64,000 nucleotides of DNA, taken from IMG/VR virus record IMGVR_UViG_3300028197_000982, positions 10,923 to 74,922 of that record. One strand, given 5' to 3'. Positions 30,201 to 39,206 of the stretch are shown here, piece after piece. The notes beneath the pieces were generated by a model. The model worked only from the letters and a program-made list of their open reading frames with translations. It was not told where the DNA came from and did not search any database. The stretch comes from a virus. Every line of letters begins with the position of its first letter. The first letter of the stretch is position 1. A program made the translations under genes and the position numbers.

Positions 30201-31845
30201 ACCAGGTAGTGCTGGAGAATGCGAACCTAAAATAGACCCCTCAACCGGAGGTTATTTTTATTTAAATGGAGATGTGGATGGTGCATTAAACTTAACAGCA
30301 ACCTCATTTGACATACAGGCAAATGCATACTTAGTACAAGGTGTACCAAACATTAATGGAATACAGCCTAGATTTTTAAGGGATATTACTATTGGGGCTG
30401 GTGGTCAATTTAATGATATTGAGTTTGTAATTAACGGGGATGTTTATAAGTGTGAAGGGATATCTAGAGTAGTCTCAGATTCTCAGTTTTATTCAGCGGT
30501 AATTACAAAGAACGGTGCTTCATTTGTACCAGGAGGATTAACTCCATCCTCGTCTGATTTATTAAATGCTACTTATGTTACTGTGAATGGTGGATTTAAT
30601 GCATACTCTGCACGACTAAGGGATGTAGGTTTTGCTACCATATTTAAAAATGTTAACAAAGGTAATCCTAATATTATATATGAAACTATTGACAAAGATG
30701 GGAATAGGTTATTAGATGATACTGGTAATTTATTACAGACGTTTGTAATTGAATTAAGAGCACAGGCGGATATTTTAAAATCTGTATATGTTGGAGTCTT
30801 GCCTGATCCTTCTAAGCCTACTGTATTTAACCTTACTGATATTATTGGGTATGATTTATCTTTACAGAAAAAACCTAGAATAACACCAATAGGTAGGCAT
30901 GCTGGATATTATCAACCAACTTCATTAAATTTATTTTCATTTAGAGACCCTTATTTAGACTTGGATTTTAATAGCGGTACACCAATATCTGACGAGGCAT
31001 ATAAATTAAAAGTATTAGAATTATGTAGATATGCTAATACTCAATTTAATAGCAAGGATGTTGAAAATTTTGGACAGATCAAAAATTTATTTTATCATAA
31101 AGTAAATGAAGAAGATCCTTCTACTGTATTAGAGCTATCTAGAGATAGTGCATATCTTAGTGTTTATCCACTAATTAATGAAGTAGGAATACAAAGTAGA
31201 GATTTTTATATGTTTTCTTCTAATTGGGAACCTGCTTATTTTAGAAAAAGTATAGATAAATCTCAAATAGAATCCATTATAGGTACTAAGGCTATGACAG
31301 AGCGAAAGTCTTTTTATGGATCTAAATACTTAAAGGTACCACAAGAAATAAAATTAGAAACTTTTGTTCATTCACCTTTTATACGTGATGCAATAAAACA
31401 ACCTAGTTTAATAGATGGTACATTTATGACAGAGGAAAACAAAACTTCAATCGTCTTTTATAATTTTATTCAAAAGAGATTAGTTGAATTTCTTTTTAAT
31501 CCTATTAAAGAACAATTTATAAATTATATAAAAGACGCTTTTAGCTTTGGTGATATTACAACTATAGATGATGACGTAGAACGATACATAACTCAAAATA
31601 TTTTACAGCTTTATAAAATATCTAATGTTAATTTTTATGTAAAGTCTACGAGACAAAAACAACCGTTAGATTATTCTACAGCAGAATTAACTGATGCAGA
31701 AAAAATATCTGATGGTTTAAGTATAAATACTTCAATAGGATCAAAGCTCTTAAATACTAATCCATTTGATTTAAAGCTAATATATAACAAAAGGAAAGGT
31801 TTTACTGAGGCGTTTGGTTTTAGTATTACTATAGTTAAAAAATAA
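27232..31845 (+). CDS. Large putative virion structural protein
   Basis: 1537-aa ORF; late-type motif at 27207; structural context. Confidence 0.6.
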   Translation: MSKNLFDKASYSIARTNPKLTGNVKLISDGTDLYLESFSANTELSSSAFKAFKISGKDTYDRDVWKFFQGGRFPANLGYEVFQEFQDISVLSQYQNQYEMFYSAGTRSVSSNAYSDDLGLLAPIWLNEQIPENFVIFRIDNPAAVNNINETLQNANYLDAQTSSKFTENVLQNCTAIKTFDLSSNSLLGSYLRNYRLQESFPKSPLNISWRKDEPIQWAGINYTKGGFTQSGSFSYDGLVTQDTTIINNEYFFTEGFERNKVLLANLINMEFLFTDVNANDYSINRYFGLYVNEIEEGKFDISGEGFYKNTEKTQLPKIKTITEVSDLLNTPFEMTNSAGVLLFLDPTKTTTVTGLPTPNRVNEVESIFYAKDKDNNYHTIKKGSNWGENQIRLFDTKLDVSKFAGFQQPDTFANATILQQKGKATSSFKILDELVDGFKITFYDGVDLVGEIAASTAESPIPGNNKMQFFNPSGTPQEIAQAITLAINQGISPEKRFFVASYNDDTIYVQSRFGGSRFNRLSFEIDFIQYPLMINSISSYPITSEVETSKNFVGGNDVNGALLKVANGDQDRFIKGDFIQSKSGFAEIGDWVPYLNSPIINDRNKQIGYNEVDEYVIITLDDDQINVTRSGQVALYSDYRSSFGRFSFFPVRDFDYDFYSKMYSQMGELNYEYTHYNQKDALGAYEGISTNPEIREFYDNGGFTTLIGLLKNADPDVNVESIIKCEYDRLEENYIKQQAVASRVIPYINKWSWLNDGKNVRNVPYNLNLSEAFSQNNFAPSKYSVGQVPLGFTHEWYYLCEFPFYFNNDAILNSWSYVDAAPVDTKEENPLTGQAYTPGTFQKVDKDYFNDYFIIDKFTAGGNINLIDRQLRYGRFSGGDEKNFAETFLRGVRIIAKPKANPLDKPNFNARSLKYINDGRFNEYRFSVMLIPNADEKPETQIKFVKNEKWKTVVMMVFLTLDNECINAGKQEIDRTSLYSLESDYKVGLPGSAGECEPKIDPSTGGYFYLNGDVDGALNLTATSFDIQANAYLVQGVPNINGIQPRFLRDITIGAGGQFNDIEFVINGDVYKCEGISRVVSDSQFYSAVITKNGASFVPGGLTPSSSDLLNATYVTVNGGFNAYSARLRDVGFATIFKNVNKGNPNIIYETIDKDGNRLLDDTGNLLQTFVIELRAQADILKSVYVGVLPDPSKPTVFNLTDIIGYDLSLQKKPRITPIGRHAGYYQPTSLNLFSFRDPYLDLDFNSGTPISDEAYKLKVLELCRYANTQFNSKDVENFGQIKNLFYHKVNEEDPSTVLELSRDSAYLSVYPLINEVGIQSRDFYMFSSNWEPAYFRKSIDKSQIESIIGTKAMTERKSFYGSKYLKVPQEIKLETFVHSPFIRDAIKQPSLIDGTFMTEENKTSIVFYNFIQKRLVEFLFNPIKEQFINYIKDAFSFGDITTIDDDVERYITQNILQLYKISNVNFYVKSTRQKQPLDYSTAELTDAEKISDGLSINTSIGSKLLNTNPFDLKLIYNKRKGFTEAFGFSITIVKK

Positions 31846-31854
31846 GAATTAGAA

Positions 31855-34821
31855 ATGGCAATCACCATACAAGATTTACTTTCTTCAGATACAGTTTCAC
31901 AGGCAGTTGATAAAATTAATTTTAATTTTGATCAATTATTACTGAATGGTGGAGGGCCTGTTGGACCACTTGGACCAGCCGGACCAGCCGGGCCAATAGG
32001 TGGTAGAGGAGAAAGAGGAACAGAATGGTACGAAGGTACTGATCTCCCAACCGTAACCCCACCAACAGCAACACCATTAAAGGCAGATTATTATCTGCAA
32101 TCAAATGGAGATGTTTGGGAATACAGTGGATTAACTTGGGGTAATACTGGAATTAATCTAACTGGACCACAAGGACCAACAGGAGCATCAATAGGGTGGT
32201 CTCAGTTTGGTAATAGTCCTAACCCAGGCTCTGCTGGTACTGATAATTATGATCTTACTGCAAAAAATCTTTCTTACCCAGCATTAATACCTAGCGGCTC
32301 TAATACGGTTAGTACAAACAACCAAGGTGTCCCTGCAACAGCATTCGGTATAGCAGGACCTAATGACAATGACTATCCTGGTGTACCGTTAACTTCAGCA
32401 TTTCAGTTATCAACAACAATGGCAGGTCAATTAGACTCATCAAAAGTAACTATGCTAGTTCATCAAAAAGATACTGGCGTTAGAGCTATGTCATTTATGG
32501 GTGGTGGTGCTATTGCTGGAGAAAACTTTGAACAGAATGATTTAACAAACCTATCTACTATATTTTTAAGTAAAGATGATAGATTAAATATTGCTATACC
32601 TAAAGCACCTGTGTTAGGTTCTACTGCAGATGAAAGAATTGGTTTTAGTATTGATGCAGGCTTTAGAGGTCAATCATTTAGGGCAGGTAATGGATTTACA
32701 TTTACAACAGGTACTAAAAGTAATACTTCTTTTCCAGGTGATACATCTGATGTATCCTATATTTTAAACTCATTAACAGGAGCCGGTGAAAATGCTAAGT
32801 TTAATGTTAAAACAATAGGAACTGCTGGTTCTAACGATTTTACTATTGGAGAATTTCCATCTACTTCACCTTCACCAAGTAATGTGTATACTGGTGGAAT
32901 GGTTTCTTTAACTAATAGATTTGGAGTTTACGCAGGTTCTCAAATAACTTTGGAAACTGCAGCATCTGGTGAGATTACATTAGTAGGCGTGAACAATACC
33001 TTAACTGTATCTGATACTTTTATAAATTTATCAGCGTCTGGAAATTCACCAATAAATATTACCTCTGTTTCTGGAAATATTACATGCGATGCAAATTCTG
33101 GTGAATTTAGAGGATATAGTGATGTAAAGGCAGAGCTTAAGTCAGGTACTAATCAAATTGCAGCAGAAGGCCCTGGTGGTGATATTAAACTTAGCGCACA
33201 AGAAGCTAATTCTGATATAACTTTAACAGCAGCACAAGGTATCGGAGGGCAAATAAGACTACTATCCGCAGATTCAATTAGATTAAATGGATCAGGTGCA
33301 ACGGACCCTTATATTGTTTTAGATTATACGAACTCTAACACAAATCATAGATTTATTCAGTATAAAGGTAGACAAGCATGGGGTGATGCCGGTGTAGGAT
33401 TTACTGGTACAATACCAGAGGATCAGTGGATTTATTTTGCTCCACCAGTAAATACTAATGAAACTATTCAACGATTTGGTAATGGTAATGGAGGACAACC
33501 TAACGGTACAATGTGGCAAGTTTATAATGGTGGTGCTGCTAGTGGAGAAAGTATTGCAATAGGTAGGCCTGATTATCCAACTGGGAATTCATCCAATTAT
33601 GCCGGTATATTTGTTAATAGTGATGATAATGTACCACAACAAGTGGACAACGGTACTACTTCGGGCGGTGCAGCATCTTCAGATTATAATTCAGCTGAAC
33701 AGTTTAGAGTAGATAAACAGAAAACTAAAATAAGTAATAAATTAATTTGGGGTGGACAAAATGGAATTGATACTAATTATTATGATCCTTATCTAACCTT
33801 CGCGCCAAATCCAGATATAACTTGTTTTACACCTTACTATAGACTTGTTGTTGGTAGGTTTACACCAGTTACTACATCAAATATATCTGCACTACCAGCT
33901 TCACCTATCATATATAATTTAACCTTTAATCTTCAATTTAACACCGCTCTTGAGACTGTTGGACAAAGAGTATTAGTTGAAGTAGTAAATGTACCTAGTA
34001 AATTTGTGCTTACTACAGGTTCATGTTTTATTGCAGGTACTAGTATTAGTTTAGGTAATGGTGATTATAAAAATATTGAAGATGTTAGCCAAGGTGAAAC
34101 GGTTATAACCTATAATGAAACTACAGGATTAAATGAAACTGGTATAGTAGGATCAATCACAGAGCACCAAGCCTCTTCTGTTATTAAGTTATTATTTGTA
34201 GATGGAACTAGTATTACTACAACACCAGAACACCCATTCTTTATAGAAGGTCAATGGGTTAAGGCTGGTGAATTACATGTTGGAAATAATACTCATAAAC
34301 TTGACGGTAGTAAATTAGCAATATCTGAAATTGAATTAATAGAAGAACCTCATACAGTATATAACTTATTAGATGTAGGCAATAACCATAACTTCTATGC
34401 AAATGAAACATTAGTACATAATAAAGGTGGTGGGACTCCACAATCAACAGTAAGACAGAGATATGGGAATATAACACTGAAGTATTGCCCATGGGGGGTT
34501 AATGGTACCGGAACTGCTGGATCGGGATTCTTTTCGACTGTAACTGCTGGTATAGTAAGTGCGTCAGAGGTTACAGCAAGTAGTAGTGGAGGTGGTTATG
34601 ACGTGGTTGGAACTTGTAAGATATTTGAATTTGTATATGTTGGTCAATCAAATACATTTTATAATTCTAATGCTACTGATACTGGAAATGAAGCTAAAAT
34701 AGTAACGTCAGGTTGGCGATTCATAGGAGCCACTGATTCTGCCTTTTTCACGGCGGGTGTTGTACCAGATTTGAATATGACATTTAATAGTCTTACTACA
34801 GGCGGGAGTGAAGGCGGTTAA
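31855..34821 (+). CDS. Putative tail fibre with short collagen segment and internal Hint domain
   Basis: SDTVSQAVDKINFNFDQL attachment motif, GPVGPLGPAGPAGPIGGRGERG collagen, and Hint domain at residues 724-856. Confidence 0.75.
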   Translation: MAITIQDLLSSDTVSQAVDKINFNFDQLLLNGGGPVGPLGPAGPAGPIGGRGERGTEWYEGTDLPTVTPPTATPLKADYYLQSNGDVWEYSGLTWGNTGINLTGPQGPTGASIGWSQFGNSPNPGSAGTDNYDLTAKNLSYPALIPSGSNTVSTNNQGVPATAFGIAGPNDNDYPGVPLTSAFQLSTTMAGQLDSSKVTMLVHQKDTGVRAMSFMGGGAIAGENFEQNDLTNLSTIFLSKDDRLNIAIPKAPVLGSTADERIGFSIDAGFRGQSFRAGNGFTFTTGTKSNTSFPGDTSDVSYILNSLTGAGENAKFNVKTIGTAGSNDFTIGEFPSTSPSPSNVYTGGMVSLTNRFGVYAGSQITLETAASGEITLVGVNNTLTVSDTFINLSASGNSPINITSVSGNITCDANSGEFRGYSDVKAELKSGTNQIAAEGPGGDIKLSAQEANSDITLTAAQGIGGQIRLLSADSIRLNGSGATDPYIVLDYTNSNTNHRFIQYKGRQAWGDAGVGFTGTIPEDQWIYFAPPVNTNETIQRFGNGNGGQPNGTMWQVYNGGAASGESIAIGRPDYPTGNSSNYAGIFVNSDDNVPQQVDNGTTSGGAASSDYNSAEQFRVDKQKTKISNKLIWGGQNGIDTNYYDPYLTFAPNPDITCFTPYYRLVVGRFTPVTTSNISALPASPIIYNLTFNLQFNTALETVGQRVLVEVVNVPSKFVLTTGSCFIAGTSISLGNGDYKNIEDVSQGETVITYNETTGLNETGIVGSITEHQASSVIKLLFVDGTSITTTPEHPFFIEGQWVKAGELHVGNNTHKLDGSKLAISEIELIEEPHTVYNLLDVGNNHNFYANETLVHNKGGGTPQSTVRQRYGNITLKYCPWGVNGTGTAGSGFFSTVTAGIVSASEVTASSSGGGYDVVGTCKIFEFVYVGQSNTFYNSNATDTGNEAKIVTSGWRFIGATDSAFFTAGVVPDLNMTFNSLTTGGSEGG
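34024..34422 (+). other. Hint (bacterial intein-like / pretoxin-HINT) domain, 133 aa, no endonuclease
   Basis: Block A CFIAGTSI..., block B TTPEHPFF, blocks F/G VYNLLDVGNNHNFYANETLVHN; the +1 residue is Lys. Confidence 0.9.
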
Positions 34822-34844
34822 TTAAATAATTAAATAAAAGTAAA

Positions 34845-35087
34845 ATGAATAAAAAAGAAAGAAAAGAATTATCTGTATTTATAGACAGATATAAAGAAAT
34901 TGAAACTTCTATAGAACTTATGCAGAAAAGTATTTTAAGTTTAGCAGAAAAAAGAGATGAGCTATTTGAAGAATTAGATACTATGAAAAATAAAGAAAAA
35001 AAATTCATGGATGGTCTAATAAAAAAATATGGAGAGAGTAACGTAACACCTTATAAACTAAAAGAGATATACGAAGAAGGATTATGA
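34845..35087 (+). CDS. Small coiled-coil hypothetical protein
   Basis: 80 aa, charged helical; ATGA overlap with the next gene. Confidence 0.7.
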   Translation: MNKKERKELSVFIDRYKEIETSIELMQKSILSLAEKRDELFEELDTMKNKEKKFMDGLIKKYGESNVTPYKLKEIYEEGL

Positions 35088-35854
35088 TCATTTTAAAAAA
35101 CATAATAGGAATATTAACTGATCCTAAAAACACGAGAATGTTTTTATTAGGTAGTATTGTAGTGTTATGTATTTTGCTATTAAGACAATGTCAAGCAACA
35201 GGCGAAGCTAAAGGCGAAGCAAATAGAATAGATAATAATTGGAAAGCCTCATTAGATACAATAGAAAATTATATTGATAAAAATGGTAATGCAGCTGCAG
35301 AGATAAGAGCATTAAATTTATCATTGGAGGAAATTGAAGATGAATTAGAATATGAAAAAGGGAAGCCACCATTAACAGTAATAAAAACAGAAACAGTTAT
35401 TAAAGAAGTTATAGTAGAAGTTCCTGTTACTATTGTTGATACTATAATAGGTAATTTTAATTCAGCCTTAACACTATCAGACACTGCGTCATGGGGTAAA
35501 AGTTTTAGAAAAGTAGGTGTTTTTGTACCTTATGAAATTGATGGTACTTATATAGATTTTGGAGGAGCTACTATTGACTTAAATCAAAATATATTTTTAT
35601 CTGCTTCCTTAACAAGAGATAATAAAACAAAAGAATTATTTGTAAATCTTTCAACTGATTATCCTGGTACTACATTTAATAGTGCTGAAGGTATATTAAT
35701 TGATCAAAGAAGCAAAGCGTTTAAAGATTTGCAATATCAAAATAGAAAAACATTAGGCCTTGGATTACAACTAGGTGTAGGATTAAGCGGTAATGGTGTT
35801 TCACCATACGTAGGAATAGGCTTGAACTATACACCAAAGTTTTTACAATGGTAA
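35084..35854 (+). CDS. Membrane-anchored protein, possible spanin
   Basis: N-terminal TM (MFLLGSIVVLCILLL), coiled coil, and C-terminal amphipathic beta-hairpin ending in W. Confidence 0.5.
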   Translation: MIILKNIIGILTDPKNTRMFLLGSIVVLCILLLRQCQATGEAKGEANRIDNNWKASLDTIENYIDKNGNAAAEIRALNLSLEEIEDELEYEKGKPPLTVIKTETVIKEVIVEVPVTIVDTIIGNFNSALTLSDTASWGKSFRKVGVFVPYEIDGTYIDFGGATIDLNQNIFLSASLTRDNKTKELFVNLSTDYPGTTFNSAEGILIDQRSKAFKDLQYQNRKTLGLGLQLGVGLSGNGVSPYVGIGLNYTPKFLQW

Positions 35855-35867
35855 ATAAATAAAAAGA

Positions 35868-37247
35868 ATGGAATCATCTAAATTCATACAATTATCCGAT
35901 GGGATTTTACTAGAGTATATTTATACTAGTCAGTCTAACCCAACGGAATTTAATACAGGTAATTATCCTATTGAGATAATGAAGGATGGTCATACTGGTG
36001 GAAGTTACTTTTTTAATACTGAAAGTGTTTCAGTGGAGATGGGTAATTATCGTGATATATCAGTAGCTGCAATTAATAAAAACAAAACACAGTATGCGTA
36101 TTTGGATACGGATATTGGCGTACCCTATAATGATTTTGATCCAGAATTAACTGATAGTGTAAATTTATTACAATCATTTAACCCACAGCAAAATATTGCA
36201 TATGATAAAATAAGAGTTCATTTTGTTGCAGGATTTACATTTACAGGATATGATGGTATAATATTTGAAACATTAGTTCCTAGAAGAGATGGAGTAGAGC
36301 TTAATCTATCATCAATCAATTTTCTAAAAACCGATACACCTGTTTTTAATCCTGATCCTGTATTAATAAATGATAAGCTATATGCAACATATATAGAATG
36401 GAGAGTCCCTTCATTATTTTATATGAATAATTCTTTTAATACAGCAGACCCAAATGGAATAGGATATAGGTTAACTGAAGGACAAGGATTCTTAAGCACA
36501 CCTACAATAACATTTAAAGCTACAGGTATATATGAGACAATAGTAGACAATGGTTATAGTTATTATAATGTAGAAGAAATAAATGCAAATACTTTTGCGA
36601 GCAGGGATATCTATGATGAACTATATGCAGAAGTTAAGGAGTCGGATGGTGGCGATTATTTTGAATTAAGCGGACAAGTAACAGGATCTACCTTTGCTAA
36701 TTTTATCGCGCAGTTAAATTCATCAGGTGGTGACTATGTAGTATTTCATGAAATAAATGTAAGTGAACAAATTAATACTACGTTTGTAAAAACTAGTACT
36801 CAGGTATTTACACAAACTACTAATTTTGATAATCCTATACTATTTAGACCAATTATTTTAAATAGCGCAATCGCAGCTTCATTTTCAATTAACTATATGT
36901 TAAGACTTTATAACCGAGCTGATAATACACAAATAGTAAAGATTGCAAAACTAACTTCATTTGATGTTAATAAGTATGGTAGAAGATTAATGAAAATAAA
37001 TTTAGGAGTTGTACCAACCGTTGCTAATGTATATAACCAAATAGCAGCAGATGACGGTAAAAATATAATTGTTAGCAAAGGTGTTAGTACATCAAAACCT
37101 GGAGAAACTTCTGATCAAATAGTAGAGCAATTGGTAGTAAAAACTAAATATGTTACTTCATTTAGAGATAGAATAAATATAAAAGCTGCAATTTCACCAG
37201 CTAAAATACAAACAATAACAGAAGAAGATGGCAGCACAACAGAATAA
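35868..37247 (+). CDS. Hypothetical protein, probably structural
   Basis: 459 aa; late-type motif at 35854. Confidence 0.7.
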   Translation: MESSKFIQLSDGILLEYIYTSQSNPTEFNTGNYPIEIMKDGHTGGSYFFNTESVSVEMGNYRDISVAAINKNKTQYAYLDTDIGVPYNDFDPELTDSVNLLQSFNPQQNIAYDKIRVHFVAGFTFTGYDGIIFETLVPRRDGVELNLSSINFLKTDTPVFNPDPVLINDKLYATYIEWRVPSLFYMNNSFNTADPNGIGYRLTEGQGFLSTPTITFKATGIYETIVDNGYSYYNVEEINANTFASRDIYDELYAEVKESDGGDYFELSGQVTGSTFANFIAQLNSSGGDYVVFHEINVSEQINTTFVKTSTQVFTQTTNFDNPILFRPIILNSAIAASFSINYMLRLYNRADNTQIVKIAKLTSFDVNKYGRRLMKINLGVVPTVANVYNQIAADDGKNIIVSKGVSTSKPGETSDQIVEQLVVKTKYVTSFRDRINIKAAISPAKIQTITEEDGSTTE

Positions 37248-38244
37248 ATCAAAAAGTATATCTAAAGCAAATCTTACTAAGCCGGCTATAACAACTAAAC
37301 CGGTTGGAGTACAGAGCAATATAGCTGTTACTAAAAAAGAGAGGGAATATTTTAAAAAATTTACTTCATTAAATCCTACGGCCGAACCTTTACCACAAGG
37401 AGAAGGTACTATAAGAATATCTCCCTTTGATGATTATATTATTTTTACTCTATTTGATGAGACAGGTGAAAATGGTGATTTAGCAGATACACCAATTGAT
37501 TTAAGTAATGTAGGAACTCTTACTTTGGTGTTCGTAGGTGAAAATGATGAAATAAGAGTACCTAATTGGACACAGGTAAGTGAAGTAGATCTTTCACAAG
37601 GTCAGGTTTTATTTAGAATAAGTAAAGAAGATTCTAAAAAGATCTTAGCATTAGATAATCAGAATTTTTATGTTTCTACTAGAATGGAAGATGAAAATGG
37701 TATTAGTGATGAAAGCGTACTGTACACGGGAACGTTTTTAACTTTACAAGATGAGGCTGAGCAAACAATGACTGCTAAGTTTAATGAACAAGCATTAATA
37801 TATTCTCAAGAGTTAGCTAAATTACAAGCCGAGATAAAAAGATTAAATAAAGAGTTGGCTAATATGATATCTTTAGATGAAGAACAGATAGCATTAATTG
37901 CAAGATTAGAATCATCAAATTTAGAATTAACTAACCAAGTAGCAACTTTATCAGAACAGTTAGGAAGTACTGAATCTGAATTAGCATTAAAGACTGCTCA
38001 GTTGGTCGCAAAACGAGCGGAAGAACTAAAAAGAAAGCGAGCACAAATACAAGCAATACAGAAAAAGAATACCAAGGCTAGAACAAAGGGAAAACTAAAA
38101 CGCTATTATAAACAAGCAGCTGGTACTTTACAACAGTATAATACACAACCTGCTCCTCTTGCTGATTTCAATAATGATGGGGTAATTAACATAATAGATC
38201 GTCAAATTGGAGAGATGATAAGAGACAACAACAATAGGAGATAA
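37228..38244 (+). CDS. Hypothetical protein with coiled coil and C-terminal EF-hand/dockerin-like loop
   Basis: 338 aa; long heptad region; ADFNNDGVINIID near the C-terminus. Confidence 0.7.
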   Translation: MAAQQNKSKSISKANLTKPAITTKPVGVQSNIAVTKKEREYFKKFTSLNPTAEPLPQGEGTIRISPFDDYIIFTLFDETGENGDLADTPIDLSNVGTLTLVFVGENDEIRVPNWTQVSEVDLSQGQVLFRISKEDSKKILALDNQNFYVSTRMEDENGISDESVLYTGTFLTLQDEAEQTMTAKFNEQALIYSQELAKLQAEIKRLNKELANMISLDEEQIALIARLESSNLELTNQVATLSEQLGSTESELALKTAQLVAKRAEELKRKRAQIQAIQKKNTKARTKGKLKRYYKQAAGTLQQYNTQPAPLADFNNDGVINIIDRQIGEMIRDNNNRR

Positions 38245-38261
38245 TTTAAGTTTTATAAGAT

Positions 38262-38816
38262 ATGATATTAAGTGCAAGAAATAACCAATTTAAATTTGAA
38301 TTCCCTAGAAATTTTATACCTAAGGAAATTTCAAATAAATATAAACCATATTTAAATAGAATGCCAGGTTCAATGATTAAAGAACCTATCGACTATTTTA
38401 ATTATGGTATACAGTCAATGAATCTACCAGGTCCTAGTTTTGATCCTGTATCACAAAATGATTTTCCAGGTAATACTAGAAGGTTTAGAACAAGTTTGCC
38501 TAAACAAGAATTATTTGATAAAGAACTAACAATAACAATGCAAGCCTTTGATGGTTGGGTAAATTATTGGATGGCTATTGAGGTATTTGATTATTATTAT
38601 GAGCAGAGTGGAAAAAATCCATTCGTACCTGAAGGTATAGGTTTACAGATGATTGATGGTGATGGAAATATTTTTGTTACATGTCAATTAAAAGATATGA
38701 TTATGACAGGTGTTAGTGCACTAGATTTAAACTTCTCAAGTAACACAATAGAATTCCAGACTTTTGAAATTAATTTTACTTATAACATTTTAGAAACTGT
38801 AGTTAATCTTGTCTAA
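38262..38816 (+). CDS. Tail-tube-fold protein (T4 gp3 tail completion / gp19-like)
   Basis: NNQFKFEF...IQSMNLPGPSF...ELTITM...NYW...TGVSALDLN...TFEINFTY follows the gp3/gp19 pattern. Confidence 0.65.
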   Translation: MILSARNNQFKFEFPRNFIPKEISNKYKPYLNRMPGSMIKEPIDYFNYGIQSMNLPGPSFDPVSQNDFPGNTRRFRTSLPKQELFDKELTITMQAFDGWVNYWMAIEVFDYYYEQSGKNPFVPEGIGLQMIDGDGNIFVTCQLKDMIMTGVSALDLNFSSNTIEFQTFEINFTYNILETVVNLV

Positions 38817-38839
38817 TATATAAACAAATAGAAAGAGCA

Positions 38840-39196
38840 ATGAAAACATTTAAAGATTACCTTAACGAGGATCATAATGAATCTATAGATATACAAAGTT
38901 TATTGAATGAATCTTATGATTTAACAGAAGAACAAGAAACCGCAATAGATAATGCAGTTGATAGAATTATGGAAGAACATAATAACGGAAAAGATTTAGA
39001 AGTTATTATGGAAGAAATAATTAATGAAGGTATTTTAGGATCTGTTTTAGGTGGTCTTACTGGTTTTGCTTTAGGTAAATCCGTAGGAAAGGCTATTGCA
39101 AAAGTACTAGGTATTCAAAAAGGAGCCTTATATGATTTATTAACCAGTCGATTAATTGGTGCTGCATTAGGAGCAGTGTTAGGTAAAAGACTTTAA
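38840..39196 (+). CDS. Putative head-packaged propeptide: CTS-like leader, acidic pro-region, cationic glycine-zipper C-terminus
   Basis: MKTFKDYLNE leader; LNE/LTE/INE sites; GxxxG-rich hydrophobic tail; late-type motif at 38815. Confidence 0.65.
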   Translation: MKTFKDYLNEDHNESIDIQSLLNESYDLTEEQETAIDNAVDRIMEEHNNGKDLEVIMEEIINEGILGSVLGGLTGFALGKSVGKAIAKVLGIQKGALYDLLTSRLIGAALGAVLGKRL

Positions 39197-39206
39197 TTCA
39201 ATATAA

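Noticed and set aside
34024-34422. Mobile canonical intein
   Set aside because: No homing endonuclease and no C/S/T at +1; treated as a BIL-type Hint domain.
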